From Blastocladiella emersonii ATCC 22665 (Eukaryota > Fungi > Blastocladiomycota): DNA of 64,000 bases. A program made the translations under genes and the position numbers. The stretch covers positions 1,302,001 to 1,366,000 of the forward strand of contig JANHCV010000012.1 in the NCBI GenBank assembly GCA_025594325.1, written 5' to 3'. Positions 10,340 to 21,083 of this stretch are shown here, piece by piece (position 1 is the stretch's first letter; the number at the start of each line of letters is the position of its first letter). Below the pieces are notes generated by a model. The model searched no databases. It saw only the letters and a program-made list of their open reading frames with translations, and was not told the origin of the DNA.

Positions 10340-12229
10340 TTACCAATACGAGTAATCACCACCGACCGAACTACGATCGCTCCCGTCATCATCGTCACCA
10401 AGGGACTCCTCATCGCTCCGCCCCGAGCGATCAGAGCTGAAATCCGATTCCGAGTCCAACATGTGCAAGACGAGCGAGATTTCTGGCACCACCTCGTTAC
10501 TCGGATATCCGTATCCCCGCAGGCACTGGGTCTCCACAAGGTCGCTATCGCTGTAATCGTCGTCGGCCTCGTCCACGTCCGGGTCGGGCTCGCGCGCAAC
10601 CATGAGCGTCACGATCACCGAGCTGGGGAGCCGGCAAACGATGTTCCGCACAATGTCTTTTTGAGAGGTAAAGCCAGGCGAGTTAAGGGCGAGCGAGAGC
10701 AGCGAAGGCGGGCAGCGCTGGATTAAAAGCTCGATCAGGTCGTCGCTAAGCTCTGGGCCTGCAATGTTGAGAGCTTCAAGGCCGGGAGGGAGATGCTCGA
10801 TGAGCGCATGGTACGCTTCCTCGATCAACTCCCAGTCGTCAGACATGCTGCCGTACTTGGTCGGGACGCGCTTGATCGTCGTCGTGCCGTTCTTGCTGAG
10901 ATCGAGATGTAGCAGCGAAGGTGGGAGGTGTGCTGCGAGAACCGCAATGGATTCGGCCTCAAGCTTGCACTTGTAGAAGGAGAGAGTTTTAAGCTCGCGC
11001 GGCAAGTGTTGGGCGATGGCACGCATGCCAGCCAGACCGAAGTGATGCGACGTGATCGAAAGCTCGCGTAGCGTTGGTGGAAGAAAGGGCGCGAGAACCT
11101 GGATGTGATCTTCGAGCAAAACACTTGGCCGCTCACCACGCAGCCGGAGCGAGGTGAGCGAAGACGGGAGAAGCTGGCCGAGGACGAGAGCCTGGCCTTC
11201 GTTTTGGAGAAAGTTGCGAGTAGCCATGGACAACTCGAGGCGAGTCACGGTGCTCGGGAGATGCGCAAGAAGGTAGAAGAGCGCGCAACTTGCCCCAGCG
11301 ATGTATCTGCACTGCATGTTAAAGGAGCGCAAGCGAGTCGAAGGGAGAGCGCGGGCGAGCGCCGCTAGGTTTGCCGCTTTGGACCGCTCAAACCCAAGGG
11401 TTAGCACTTCAAGCTGCGGCGGAAGCCAGTCGGATCCACGAGCCGCATCGAGAATAAAATCGCCGTGGAGATGAAGCGCGCGGAGCGTAGAAGGAAGCTG
11501 CAGCGCGCAGAAAGTTGCAAGGTTGATGACAAACTCCGCGCCGAGTGTCACCTCGGATACACGTTGAGTTGGCGACGAGAAGCGCGAGCAAAGGCCTCAA
11601 CGCGTCCGGGTGCGAGCGCCTTGGCACTAAACGTGATTTCCTTGGCCTCGCCGGTGCGAGCGCGGCGCACGAGCTCGTCCATTTTACTGTCGAGACACTG
11701 GCTGCGAAGGTCGACAAAGCGCTATTGCCGTTCATGGCTCACCCATTAGCGCAAGTTGTTTCCACGCGGTGCATTTTGAGAACGTACGTACCGTTGCCCC
11801 GCGGCGGGTCTTGGTCCAGCACATGCCCAGATCATGCGCTGCGCGCTCGTTGGGCGTTTGTTGGTAAAGAGGTCCGCGATAAATAGGCACTTTGTTCCGC
11901 ACGAAGACGACCGGAAGCTGCGTCGCGTGAAGCCACTTGAAGGGACCAGCGCGGCCGTTTTCCGCAGCAGCGGTCAAGGCTCCCTGAAAAACTGAGGTCA
12001 GGGCACCACATCGAAGCCAGAGGTTCAAAGCGCGAGGATCGCCGCGGCTAAAAACCTCCTCGATCGTCACAGACGTGACGAGCGCTTCAACGGCACGCCG
12101 CACGCTCGGAAGTTGGTATGCGAGAGCGACGCGCGAGTACTCGACAAAGGCATCTATGTCGTGCGGGCCGTGGAAGCTCACAGCAGTAGCAAGAACTTGA
12201 TCGATGACCGAAAATACATTGAGCTTCAT
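10340..12229 (-). CDS. ANK-like + LRR (LPxSLxxL-type) protein paralog 1; intron 11722-11791; apparent 1-nt frameshift near 11580
   Basis: N-terminus MKLNVFSVIDQVLA...ALTAAAENGRAGPFKWL. Splicing gives RFVDLR. LRR units LPSTLRALHL, LPSSLTSLRL and LPPSLLHLDLS are followed by an acidic tail. Confidence 0.7.
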
Positions 12230-12602
12230 TTTTCTTCTGAGTTCATCGCGAGGGGAGAGAGGACCGAGTGCGGCGGAACGCGCGAACTTGACCGCTCACT
12301 CTCAGCAAGCACCCCGATCACCACTCCATGTGAACCCATGCAACTTGCTGCAATACGGCATTCTTGACTTCTTAACGCCAGATCCGGGTCTCAAGTCGCG
12401 CGACGCGAGTGGTGCGCGGGCCCAGCACATCCCAGTCCGCCCGGCTCGCGCATTCCGGCCTCGGGCAACCCGCTCAACGTTGGATCTTGCGGCCTGCGCA
12501 CCTTGCAGGGACTGACTCGCGCACCAGCTCGCCATCTCCACGGCCCTTGCCGCCGACCGCGACGAGCGGCGCGTCGACCGAGCATCAGGTGACTTTCGCG
12601 TG

Positions 12603-12632
12603 ATGTCTCGCGCGGCGCAACGCGTGAGACAT
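12603..12632. other. Short hairpin/palindrome (12-bp stem with one mismatch, 6-nt loop) in a divergent promoter
   Basis: atgtctcgcgcg-gcgcaa-cgcgtgagacat. It shares TGTCTCGCGCGGCG with the 5856 and 7613 repeats. Confidence 0.5.
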
Positions 12633-12880
12633 GGTCGCCGGGTGGACAAGCGGCGCGTGATTTTTGGGGCCCCACGCCGCTGAAAACGTTTCTTGCGCCG
12701 GAAATGGAATTAGCGCGCGAAACGGGCTAGTGGCCGACGCGTGTCTCAGATCGCGCGTGTGGCCTGCCGATATCGTCGGCGGCTCCCCGCTAACTCTCGC
12801 CCCCCTCCCCTCCAAGACACGCCCTAACCATGAAGCATTTCGTCGCACCTCGCCGACCCCGACGCGTCGCCGTCGGCACC

Positions 12881-14560
12881 ATGACCGCTCGGGTCTTGGC
12901 GGTCCTGCTCCTTGCGCCGCTCGCCGCGCACCTCGTCGTCCATGTCTCGGCCCTGCACACGCGCCACCACGACCACAACCACGCGGCGCCGTCGCCCCTG
13001 TCGCGCCGGGCGCCGGGCGACCCATTCGACACCTTCTTCAGCACAACGACGATCGCGCCGTGGTACTCGTGCGACGCGGCCGCGTGCGTGCTGCCCGACT
13101 GCCAGTGCGCGTCGACGTCGCCGCCCGGCGGGCTCGCGGCGTCCGAGGTGCCGCAGTTTGTGACGCTGACCATCGACGACGCCGTCAACGCGGTCGTGTA
13201 CGACCTGCCGCACCAGGCGATGCGCGGCGTGCGCGGCGCCGACGGGTGCGCGATGCGCGCCACGTACTTCGTGTCGGCGCAGTGGACCGACTACCACTCG
13301 CTGCAGACGCTGCACGCGCTCGGCCACGAGATTGCCGGGCACACGTTCACGCACAGTTTCCCGACGGTCCGCGAGATGTCGGCGATGCGCGAGGCGACCG
13401 AGGCGTTCGGCGGGATCCCGCAGTCGCAGATCCGCGGGTCCCGCGCGCCGTACCTCAACTACACGCTCGCGTCGCTCACCAGCGTCAAGGCGCTCGGGTT
13501 CGACTACGACAGTTCCATGACCGTCGCATACGCCGGCGCGAGCACCATCTGGCCCTTCACCTTCGACGCCGGCGTCCCGATCGCGTGCACGACGGGCGAC
13601 TGCACGGGTGGCCGGCCGACCGCCGCGACCCCGACCCCGACGTGGCGCGCGCCGGGGCTGTGGGAGCTCCCGCTTTACAGCCTCGTGTCGGCGTCGGGCG
13701 TGCCGTGGGCCATGGACCCGGCCGTCTCCACGGCCGAGTTTGCGAGCATGCTGCGCGCCGCGTTCCAGGACCACTACTCGGGCAACCGCGCGCCGTTCGG
13801 CGTCTACCTGCACGCCAACTACCTCCTCGCCGACCCGCAGCGCATCGCCGTCGTCAACGAGTTCCTCACCGAGATCATGGCGCATCCCGACGTCCGCTTC
13901 GTCACCAACACGCAGCTGCTCGCGTGGCTGCGCAACCCGGTCCCGCTCGCCGCCATGGACCCGACCTGTCCCGCCGGTCCCACGGGCGCGTCGAGCACTC
14001 CCGAGGTGTGCGACGGGATCGACAACAACGGCAACGGCGTCGCCGACGAGGGCCTGACCAAGTCGTGCCAGTTCGGCGCGGTGACCTTCGCCACGTGCAA
14101 GTCGTGTCCCGTCCGCGCGCCGACCGTCAACGAACCCGTCCCACCGCTCGCCAACGACGCGTCGGCGGCCTCCGCCGCGGCGAACGGGTGCCAGCCGCCG
14201 CTCGGCGGGTGCGTGTACGGCAGCTTCAACGCCGCGTCGTGCCTGTGCGAGTGCACGGGGAGCGACGACCCGAACGGCGCCGGCGCGTGCCGCAACACGC
14301 TCGGCGCGTGCTCCACGCTCCGCGCACCGGATCCCGCGCGGCCCGGGTTCTTCCTCTCGTGCGCGCAGTCAAGCGCGGACCAGGAGAAGACGAACGCGAC
14401 GGGGACGGCGACGGGCAACGCGGGGGCCGGGAAGAAGGCGGGCGCGAGCGAGGGGTCCGCGTCGTCCGCGGCGGCGGCGGCCATAGTCGCGGCGGCCAGT
14501 TCGAGAGTGCTCGTCGTGGTCGCGGCGTCCGTTCTCGCGCTGGTGGTCGGCGTCGCGTAG
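12881..14560 (+). CDS. Secreted, probably GPI-anchored CE4 polysaccharide (chitin) deacetylase with Cys-rich C-terminal modules; intronless
   Basis: Signal peptide MTARVLAVLLLAPLAAHLVVHVSA, then CVLPDCQCASTSPPGGL...VPQFVTLTIDD, HEIAGHTFTH, RAPYL and YLHANY. These are followed by EVCDGIDNNGNGVADEG, an EGF-like Cys cluster, a Ser/Ala stretch and a hydrophobic terminus. Confidence 0.88.
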   Translation: MTARVLAVLLLAPLAAHLVVHVSALHTRHHDHNHAAPSPLSRRAPGDPFDTFFSTTTIAPWYSCDAAACVLPDCQCASTSPPGGLAASEVPQFVTLTIDDAVNAVVYDLPHQAMRGVRGADGCAMRATYFVSAQWTDYHSLQTLHALGHEIAGHTFTHSFPTVREMSAMREATEAFGGIPQSQIRGSRAPYLNYTLASLTSVKALGFDYDSSMTVAYAGASTIWPFTFDAGVPIACTTGDCTGGRPTAATPTPTWRAPGLWELPLYSLVSASGVPWAMDPAVSTAEFASMLRAAFQDHYSGNRAPFGVYLHANYLLADPQRIAVVNEFLTEIMAHPDVRFVTNTQLLAWLRNPVPLAAMDPTCPAGPTGASSTPEVCDGIDNNGNGVADEGLTKSCQFGAVTFATCKSCPVRAPTVNEPVPPLANDASAASAAANGCQPPLGGCVYGSFNAASCLCECTGSDDPNGAGACRNTLGACSTLRAPDPARPGFFLSCAQSSADQEKTNATGTATGNAGAGKKAGASEGSASSAAAAAIVAAASSRVLVVVAASVLALVVGVA

Positions 14561-14645
14561 CCTCTCTCGCGCCGATCGATAATCATCACTAGATTCGTAA
14601 CTATATATTCCTTGCAATAACGAACCAATCGAGTCAAAACTTCCC

Positions 14646-16513
14646 CTAGTCATCGCTCTCGTCGGAGTCGTAGTCGTAGTCGTCATCGTTGCTCGAGTCG
14701 GTATACGACGGTACCTCGAGGTCAGGCTCGCCCGGGCGTTTGCACCCGCGAAACTGCGCCTTGTCAGTGCGGAACCCAGACTCAGATATGACGACCGTGA
14801 CCGTGACGCGCCCAGGAAGCTTGGTCACAACGCCCGTCACAAACGCCCCTGGTTTATTCTCGCCCTTTCGCGTCGTAATGGTCATGTGCATGAGCGAGGG
14901 CGGAAGGTGGCCAATGAGGTGGTCGAGGACCTCGGGGTACAGGTCGATTTCAACCAGTTTCAGCATATCAAGGCCAGCAGGAAGGTCGCTGGCAATGGCC
15001 ATCGTCGCTGGCGCCCAAATAGCTTTCCGTTTTTCCAGCGACCAGGACATCTTGGAAGGCCTGCTGCAGCTGTAGCTGAGGTCAAGCGAGAGCAGAGTCG
15101 GCGGGAGGTGCTCGGCGAGGAGTGTCAGGCTCGTAAAGAAATGATCGCAGTAGGAAACGATGAGTTCCTCGAGAAGGGGTGGCATGTGAGCCGCAAGCGC
15201 ACGCGCTCCAGGTCGAGTTTGCACTGCGTGATAGCGAGTTCGCGCAGCGTGGAAGGTAAAAGCGGGACAAGAAGCTCTGATGCGCTAACCGAAATTCGCT
15301 CGAACATCGTGGCCAGACAAGCTGAGAAAAGTCAAGGTCAGCGGGAGAAGCTGCGCAAGGGCCCGCGTCTCAGAAAGCGAGAAAACGCTGAAAATCCCGG
15401 GAGACGGGTCACCGGGGTCGGCAGAAGCGCAATAAGGTAAATGAAACTTGGGCGCAAGGGTTCCATGCCACCGAAGCCGATACGCAGTGAATGAAGTGAC
15501 TCTGGGAGCGCTCCGGCAAGCGCGCCAAAGCTCGCGCCTGTAACGGCGAGCTTTTCTCGGTGCGGCGGAAGCCAGATGGTACCGCTCGCACCATACAAGA
15601 CTGCTTGGCTTGAGAGACAAATGCTTAAGCTTGAGCGAGCGCAGGGTCGATGGGAGGCCAAGGGCAAGCGCGCCAAATTGAGGGTTCAGGGTTGTACCCG
15701 TAGCCCGCGCTCAACTGTTCAACGTTTGTTAGGATCTAGCCCGTACCGTGTGCACCATCGAGCACGTTGTGAGGGAAGATGTCGAGCTCAGTAACAGACA
15801 GTGGGAGCTGGAGCGCGCAGAACTGGTCGAATGTGATCTCCGAGTGTGCGGATACTTTGCGAACATGTTGCATCGGCGAAGCAAAAGCGCGCGCAAAAGA
15901 CTCAACGAGCGCATCGTCGAGTTTCGAGTCAAGATAGACCTCGCGCGCAACGCCCGAGCGGATAGCGTGCGCCGTCTTGGCAACATGCGGATCAAGCGCC
16001 GGCCTCAAGTCCGTGAATCGCTACAGCTCTAAACTGGTTAACACGGAGGCGAAGGATCTGGAGGGAATGCCGTACCTCGCCCTCGGGACGCGTCGGATAC
16101 CACGTAAACTCGTTACCCGAGGCCGATTGTGTTGGAAGCGGGCGAGGGGAGTCGTCAAGCGTGTCTGACTTGTCCTTCCACCTGCCACGCTCGAGCGGGA
16201 CTTGGGTCCGACGCAGCCACTCGAACGCGGAAAGCTTACCGCTCGAAGCAGCCGCGTCAATCGCGGCGTGCGGGACCTCGGCGAGCTTGCCCGACCGCCG
16301 CCGCACGTTCAAGACACGCGGGTCCCCGTTCGCAAAGGCATCGTCGAGTCCCGTTGAGGTGACCCAGCTGTCGATAGCGCGGCGCACGCCAGGCAGCTGG
16401 TGCGCGAGGGCAACACGCGAGTACTCGGCCACGGCGCTCACGTCACGCGGACCCTCGAGGCGGACAGCAAAAGCAAGGATCTGGCCGAGGATCGAGTATG
16501 CATGAAGTTGCAT
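14646..16513 (-). pseudogene. ANK-like + LRR paralog 2, disrupted; intron 16021-16075
   Basis: Starts MQLHAYSILGQILAFAV, and splicing gives RFTDLRPALDPHVAKTAH. A TGG-to-TAG nonsense occurs at 15736-15738, and several frameshifts fall between 15100 and 15690. Ends in an acidic tail, DDDYDYDSDESDD. Confidence 0.78.
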
Positions 16514-16706
16514 GATGTTACCATGTGCGGGATGAAGCTTAGTGTGGGGGAGAGGGAGGGTTGTGTGCGAGGCAGCGGCGGCGTGTGAGTCCGCTGCCTC
16601 GGCGCCACACGTGCGGACGACCACCGCGTCCCGACGCGAGGCGGAGATCTGAAACTCGACTGAACCTTCCGAAATGGACCGTGAATCAATCAAAATGATG
16701 AGCGTT

Positions 16707-18520
16707 TTAGTATTCGTCATCGGAGCTCTCGTCAGTCTCGGTACTCGAATCCTCCTCCTCGCCACCGTCATCACCGCCGCCGCCGCCGTAGTCATTATTC
16801 GAGTTCGAGCCTGGGTACACCTCGCCCGGGATCTCGGTGACCTCGCCGTCCGCGAGCCCAAACCCACGGAACGACGCGGCCAGTACATCGCTGGGCGACA
16901 TAAACTCGCAATAGTCCATGACCCGGGCTGACACGGTTGCGGGGAGCCGGAGCACGAACCGCGTGGCGAACTCGCGCTCGTCAAACTTGGACCAGTCTCG
17001 CGGCTTCGAAAGGGTAAGCAGACGAAGGCTTGGCGGGCACCGCGGGACGAGGTAATCGAGGATCCGGGTGCAAAGTCGGTCAGCATCACGTTGAGCGACT
17101 CGAGGCTCGCAGGCAGCGCGTCGATCAGCACCTCGTAAGCCTCGACGACGGACTCGGGGGTGTCGGAATCCGACCCCAAGTGGGACTGCGAGCCAGTTTG
17201 GCGGAGGTTGAGGGAGAGCAGCGTGGGCGGGAAGTGTGCGGCGAGAACCGCGATGCAATCAGCGTCCAAGGCACAGTTGGGAAACGCCAGGTCTTCGAGG
17301 CCCTCGGGGAGGTTGTTGAGAAGCGCCAGCATGCCGCGGGGGCTGAGCGGGGTCCGCCCGAGGTGCAAATTGCGCAGCGTGCGCGAGAGATGCGGTGCGA
17401 GGGCCTCGATGCGGGCGTCAGGATCCTGATCCCGAAAGTCCCGGCTTCCTTCGAGCGTCAGAGAGTGAAGTGTTGGCGGGAGGAGCCGAGCAACGACCCC
17501 AAGGTGTAGAATGGGAACATGCCCAAAGAACTCGGACGGGAGTTCGAGATGAGTGAGCGAACGGGGCAAGAGCGCGGCAAGGTAGACGAACGCGGCCGGC
17601 GGTGCGCCGTCATCGCAGTCCGCGAGGATAAACGAGCGCAGGGTCGGCGGAAGCGCGAGCGCAAGGGTGCCGAGATTCAAGCGTTCCGAGTAGCCCACGC
17701 TAAGCAGTTCAAGGCGCGGCGGGAGCCAGTCCGTGCCGTGTGCACCATCGAGCACGCTGTGAGGAAAGATATCGAGCTCCGTGACGGACGGCGGGAGCCG
17801 GAGCGCGAGAAACTGGTCAAAGGAAATGAACGAGTGAACGGAGACCTTGCGCACGTTCTGCATCGGGGAAGCGAAGGCACGCGCCAGCAACTTGACGAGC
17901 GCGTCGTCTAAGGAAAAGTCGAACAGGACCTCGCGCGCGGTTCCCGAGCGGATCGCATGCGCTGTCTCGGCGACTTTGCAGTCAATAGTGGCCGAAGGTC
18001 CATGAACCGCTACAGGGGGGAGAACTCGTGAGCACTGGGGCGAGGGAAGCAGCCGAAGTGGACATCGTACCTCGCCCTCTGGACGCGTCGGGTACCACGT
18101 GAACTCGTGTCCCGCCGCCGACCGCTCCGGGAACGGATCGGGGAAGTCGCTGAGGACGTTCGACTTGTCCTTCCACTCGCCACGCACGAGCGGGACTCGG
18201 GTTTGACGCAGCCACTCGAACACGGTAAGCTTACCGCTCGAAGCAGCCGCTGAAGCAGCCTCGTCAATGGCGGTATGCGGGACCTCGGCGAGCTTGCCCG
18301 ATCGCCGCCACACGTTCAAGACACGCAAGTTGCCGTTGTAAAAGGCATCTTCGATCCCCGTTGAAGTGAGCAAGGTGTCGATGGCACGACGCGCGTCCGG
18401 GATCTGGTGCGCAAGTGCGACGCGCGAGTACTCGGCCACGGCGCTCACATCGTGTGGGTGCTCAAGCAAGACGGCAGTAGCAAGAATCTGGTCGATGACC
18501 GAGTATACATGGAGCTTCAT
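16707..18520 (-). pseudogene. ANK-like + LRR paralog 3 (1-nt deletions near 17985 and 17068)
   Basis: Starts MKLHVYSVIDQILATAV and contains LRR units. The frame switches at TDFAP/ILDYLVPRCPP into ORF 16707-17258, which ends EEEDSSTETDESSDDEY. Confidence 0.7.
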
Positions 18521-18823
18521 AGTGCGTCTAGTTTCGTGTTTGGGGAGAGAGGACTGGTCGCGGGCCAGCCTCGCCTCAAGCGCGGGAACCTGGAGCATGG
18601 GAACTGCCTGAGCGCGAGCGCCCACCCCTTTTCTTCGCCAGCAAGGGAACCGCCGGTTCCCTTGGCGCCGCGCCGATCAGGTCAACGATCAGGTCAACGC
18701 GACTCATTTCTATGAAGCGTGTATGAATAGAATAGGGTGGCGATGATGCCGACGACGGTGCGTTCGGTACTGGACAAGACAAACTAGGAGGAGGACGAGA
18801 AATAAGCCGACGTACACCGCCCT

Positions 18824-21083
18824 TCACCGGCGGCCCTTCTGGACCAGCGGGATGAGGTCGGCGACGGGGCACGAGAGGCGGAGGAACGGGTGGTCGAGGA
18901 GCTCGGCGGACGATGCGCGCGCGTCGACGTCGACGGTGAGTCCGCGGGCGAGGAAGTCCTTGAGGACCGTGGACAGGCGGTCAGGCCGCTTGAGCGTCGG
19001 GGTGCCGTTGGTTGCGATCAGGTACAGGGCCTTGAGGGGCTCCTCGTCGAGGTACGGCGGCTCGCCCTCGATCATCTCGATCGTCATGATGGCGATGGAC
19101 CACACGTCGACCTTGTACCCGTACTGCTTCTGCTTGACGACCTCGGGCGCCATCCAGTAGGGCGTGCCGACCATGGTGGCGCGCTTGGACTGGCTGTCGT
19201 CGAGCTTGGCGCAGAACCCGAAGTCGGTGATCTTGACGCGGCCGTGCGGGTCCATGAGCACGTTGTCGGACTTGACGTCGCGGTGGATGATGTTCTTGGA
19301 GTGCAGGTGGTGGATGCCCTTGAGCGCCTCGTGCGTGATGCTGGCGATCTGCGGCTCGGTCATGCTCGAGTTGTTGTCGATGATCTCGTTGAGCGGGCCG
19401 CCCTCCATGAGCTCCATGACGACCCACAGCTCCTTGGACACCAGGAACGAGTCGAGGTAGTTGACAATGTTCGGGTGCTGCGACTCCTTCATCACGATGA
19501 TCTCGTTGATGATCGACTCGGGCCGCGGCTGCGACGCCAGGTCCATCTGCTTGATGGCGACCACCTGCGACGTGAGCGCGTGCCGCGCCAGGTACACGCT
19601 GCCACTGGCGCCCTGCCCGATCTTCTTCTGCTTGATGTACACGGACGGGTCCTCGCCCGACACCACGGCGCGCAGCCGCTCGAGCACCTGCGCGGTGGTC
19701 AGCCGCGTGGGCTTGCGGCCCGACGCGGGCTTCTTGGCGGGCGACGCCGCGCCGCCGGCGGGGACCACGGCGGTCGGCGCCACGACGGGCGTGCTCGCGG
19801 CGGCGGCCGTGGGCGGCTTGTCGGCGGGCGGCTTGGGCAGCGCGACGGCGGGCGCGGGCGGTGGTGGGCGGTGGTAGCTGATGGACGGCGGCTGCTGGTG
19901 CAGCGAGAGGTTGGGCTGCGACTTGGCGTGGGCGAGGCCGGGCGCGGGCGCGGGTGGCCGGGGCGCCTCGCGGTGCGGCGACACGGACCCGTGCGAGGGG
20001 CGGCGGTGCGGCGACGGCGGAGGGCCCTGCGGGCGGAGCGAGCCGGCGCCCGAGGACGAGGAAGACGAGAGCGCGGGCGCCGACGGCTTGCGCATCATGT
20101 CGGGGCGCGACCCGTTACCACCCATGGTCTCGGGCGGGCGCGGCACGATGGGCGGGCGGTTGGGCGGCGGGAGGCGCTCGGACGAGCGGTACATGGCGCC
20201 CTCGGCGGACGCGGACAGGTCGCGCTCGGGGAAGCGGACCTGGTCGGCGCGCGGCGAGCTGACGCTCAGCGAGCTGCCGTTATCGTCGTCGTACTGGTCG
20301 CGGTGGACGCGGCGCGGGTTCGAGTACGGGTTGTGCTGCGAGCGGTGCGCGGCCGGGTTGGGCGCGGGGCGCGGCGGGCGCGGCGACGACTCGAGCGAGT
20401 ACTTTGAGTCGGACCGCTCCATGGGCGCGCCGGCACCGCCAGGGTGGTAGCCGGGGACGGGCGGGAGGCCGGGAATGGTGGGCGCAGGAGCGGCGGGGCC
20501 ACCGGCGGCGGAGCCGAAGAGGTCGGGCCGCTTGACGCCCGTGTAGAACTCGAGCACGTCGAGCACGGCCTGCGGGTTCTTGGCCATTTCCTCGGGCGAG
20601 ATGGCCGAGTTGGACAGCAGCATCTTCCACTGCTGCGGCAGGCCGGTGAAGGCGCCCGAGACGGGGTCGAAGCCGACGTGCACCTTGTGCTGGAAGTTGG
20701 TCGGGCCCGAGACGCCCGTGAGGGGCGAGCGCGAGTATATCTCGTCCATCCACCCGTACACGTCCTCGTCCGACTTGCACGCGAGCAGAATGTTCTTCTC
20801 CTTGGTCTGCAGCTCGAAGCAGTACGGCTTGACCTCGACGCGGTTGACGCCCGTCACCGAGGTCAGGAAGATGAGCGTGCTGGCCTGGCTCGACGACTGG
20901 ACGTGGGCGCGATGGTTAGTGGGGCCCTCACAAGGCACGTTCTCTAGAGAGCATGCGCACCTCGGCCTTGTAGAAGGCAATGGTCTGCTCGCGGAGCACG
21001 ACCCAGCGCTTGCTCCACATGAAGGACAGGTAGCCGTCCTCCTTGGTGGCGAGGTAGCCCGACTTGAGGATGCGCGAGCCCAT
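18824..21083 (-). CDS. CLA4: CLA4-type p21-activated kinase (PH + CRIB + kinase); exons 21083-20961 and 20896-18824
   Basis: PH domain (ILKSGYLATKEDG...WSKRWVVLRE), CRIB motif (VSGPTNFQHKVHVGFD) and STE20 kinase motifs (IGQGASGSVY, HRDVKSDN, DFG, MVGTPYWMAPE). The intron has a GTGCGC donor, CTAAC branch and CAG acceptor. Confidence 0.95.

Noticed and set aside
6240-18520. Endogenous giant-virus region (ankyrin and LRR/FNIP-like genes)
   Set aside because: There are no viral hallmark genes (capsid, polB, A32 ATPase), the LRR genes have spliceosomal introns, and the region is interleaved with host genes.
15992-18625. 877-aa ORF apparently fusing two LRR genes
   Set aside because: Artefact: a frameshift near 17068 carries the reading frame through the intergenic DNA into the start of paralog 2.
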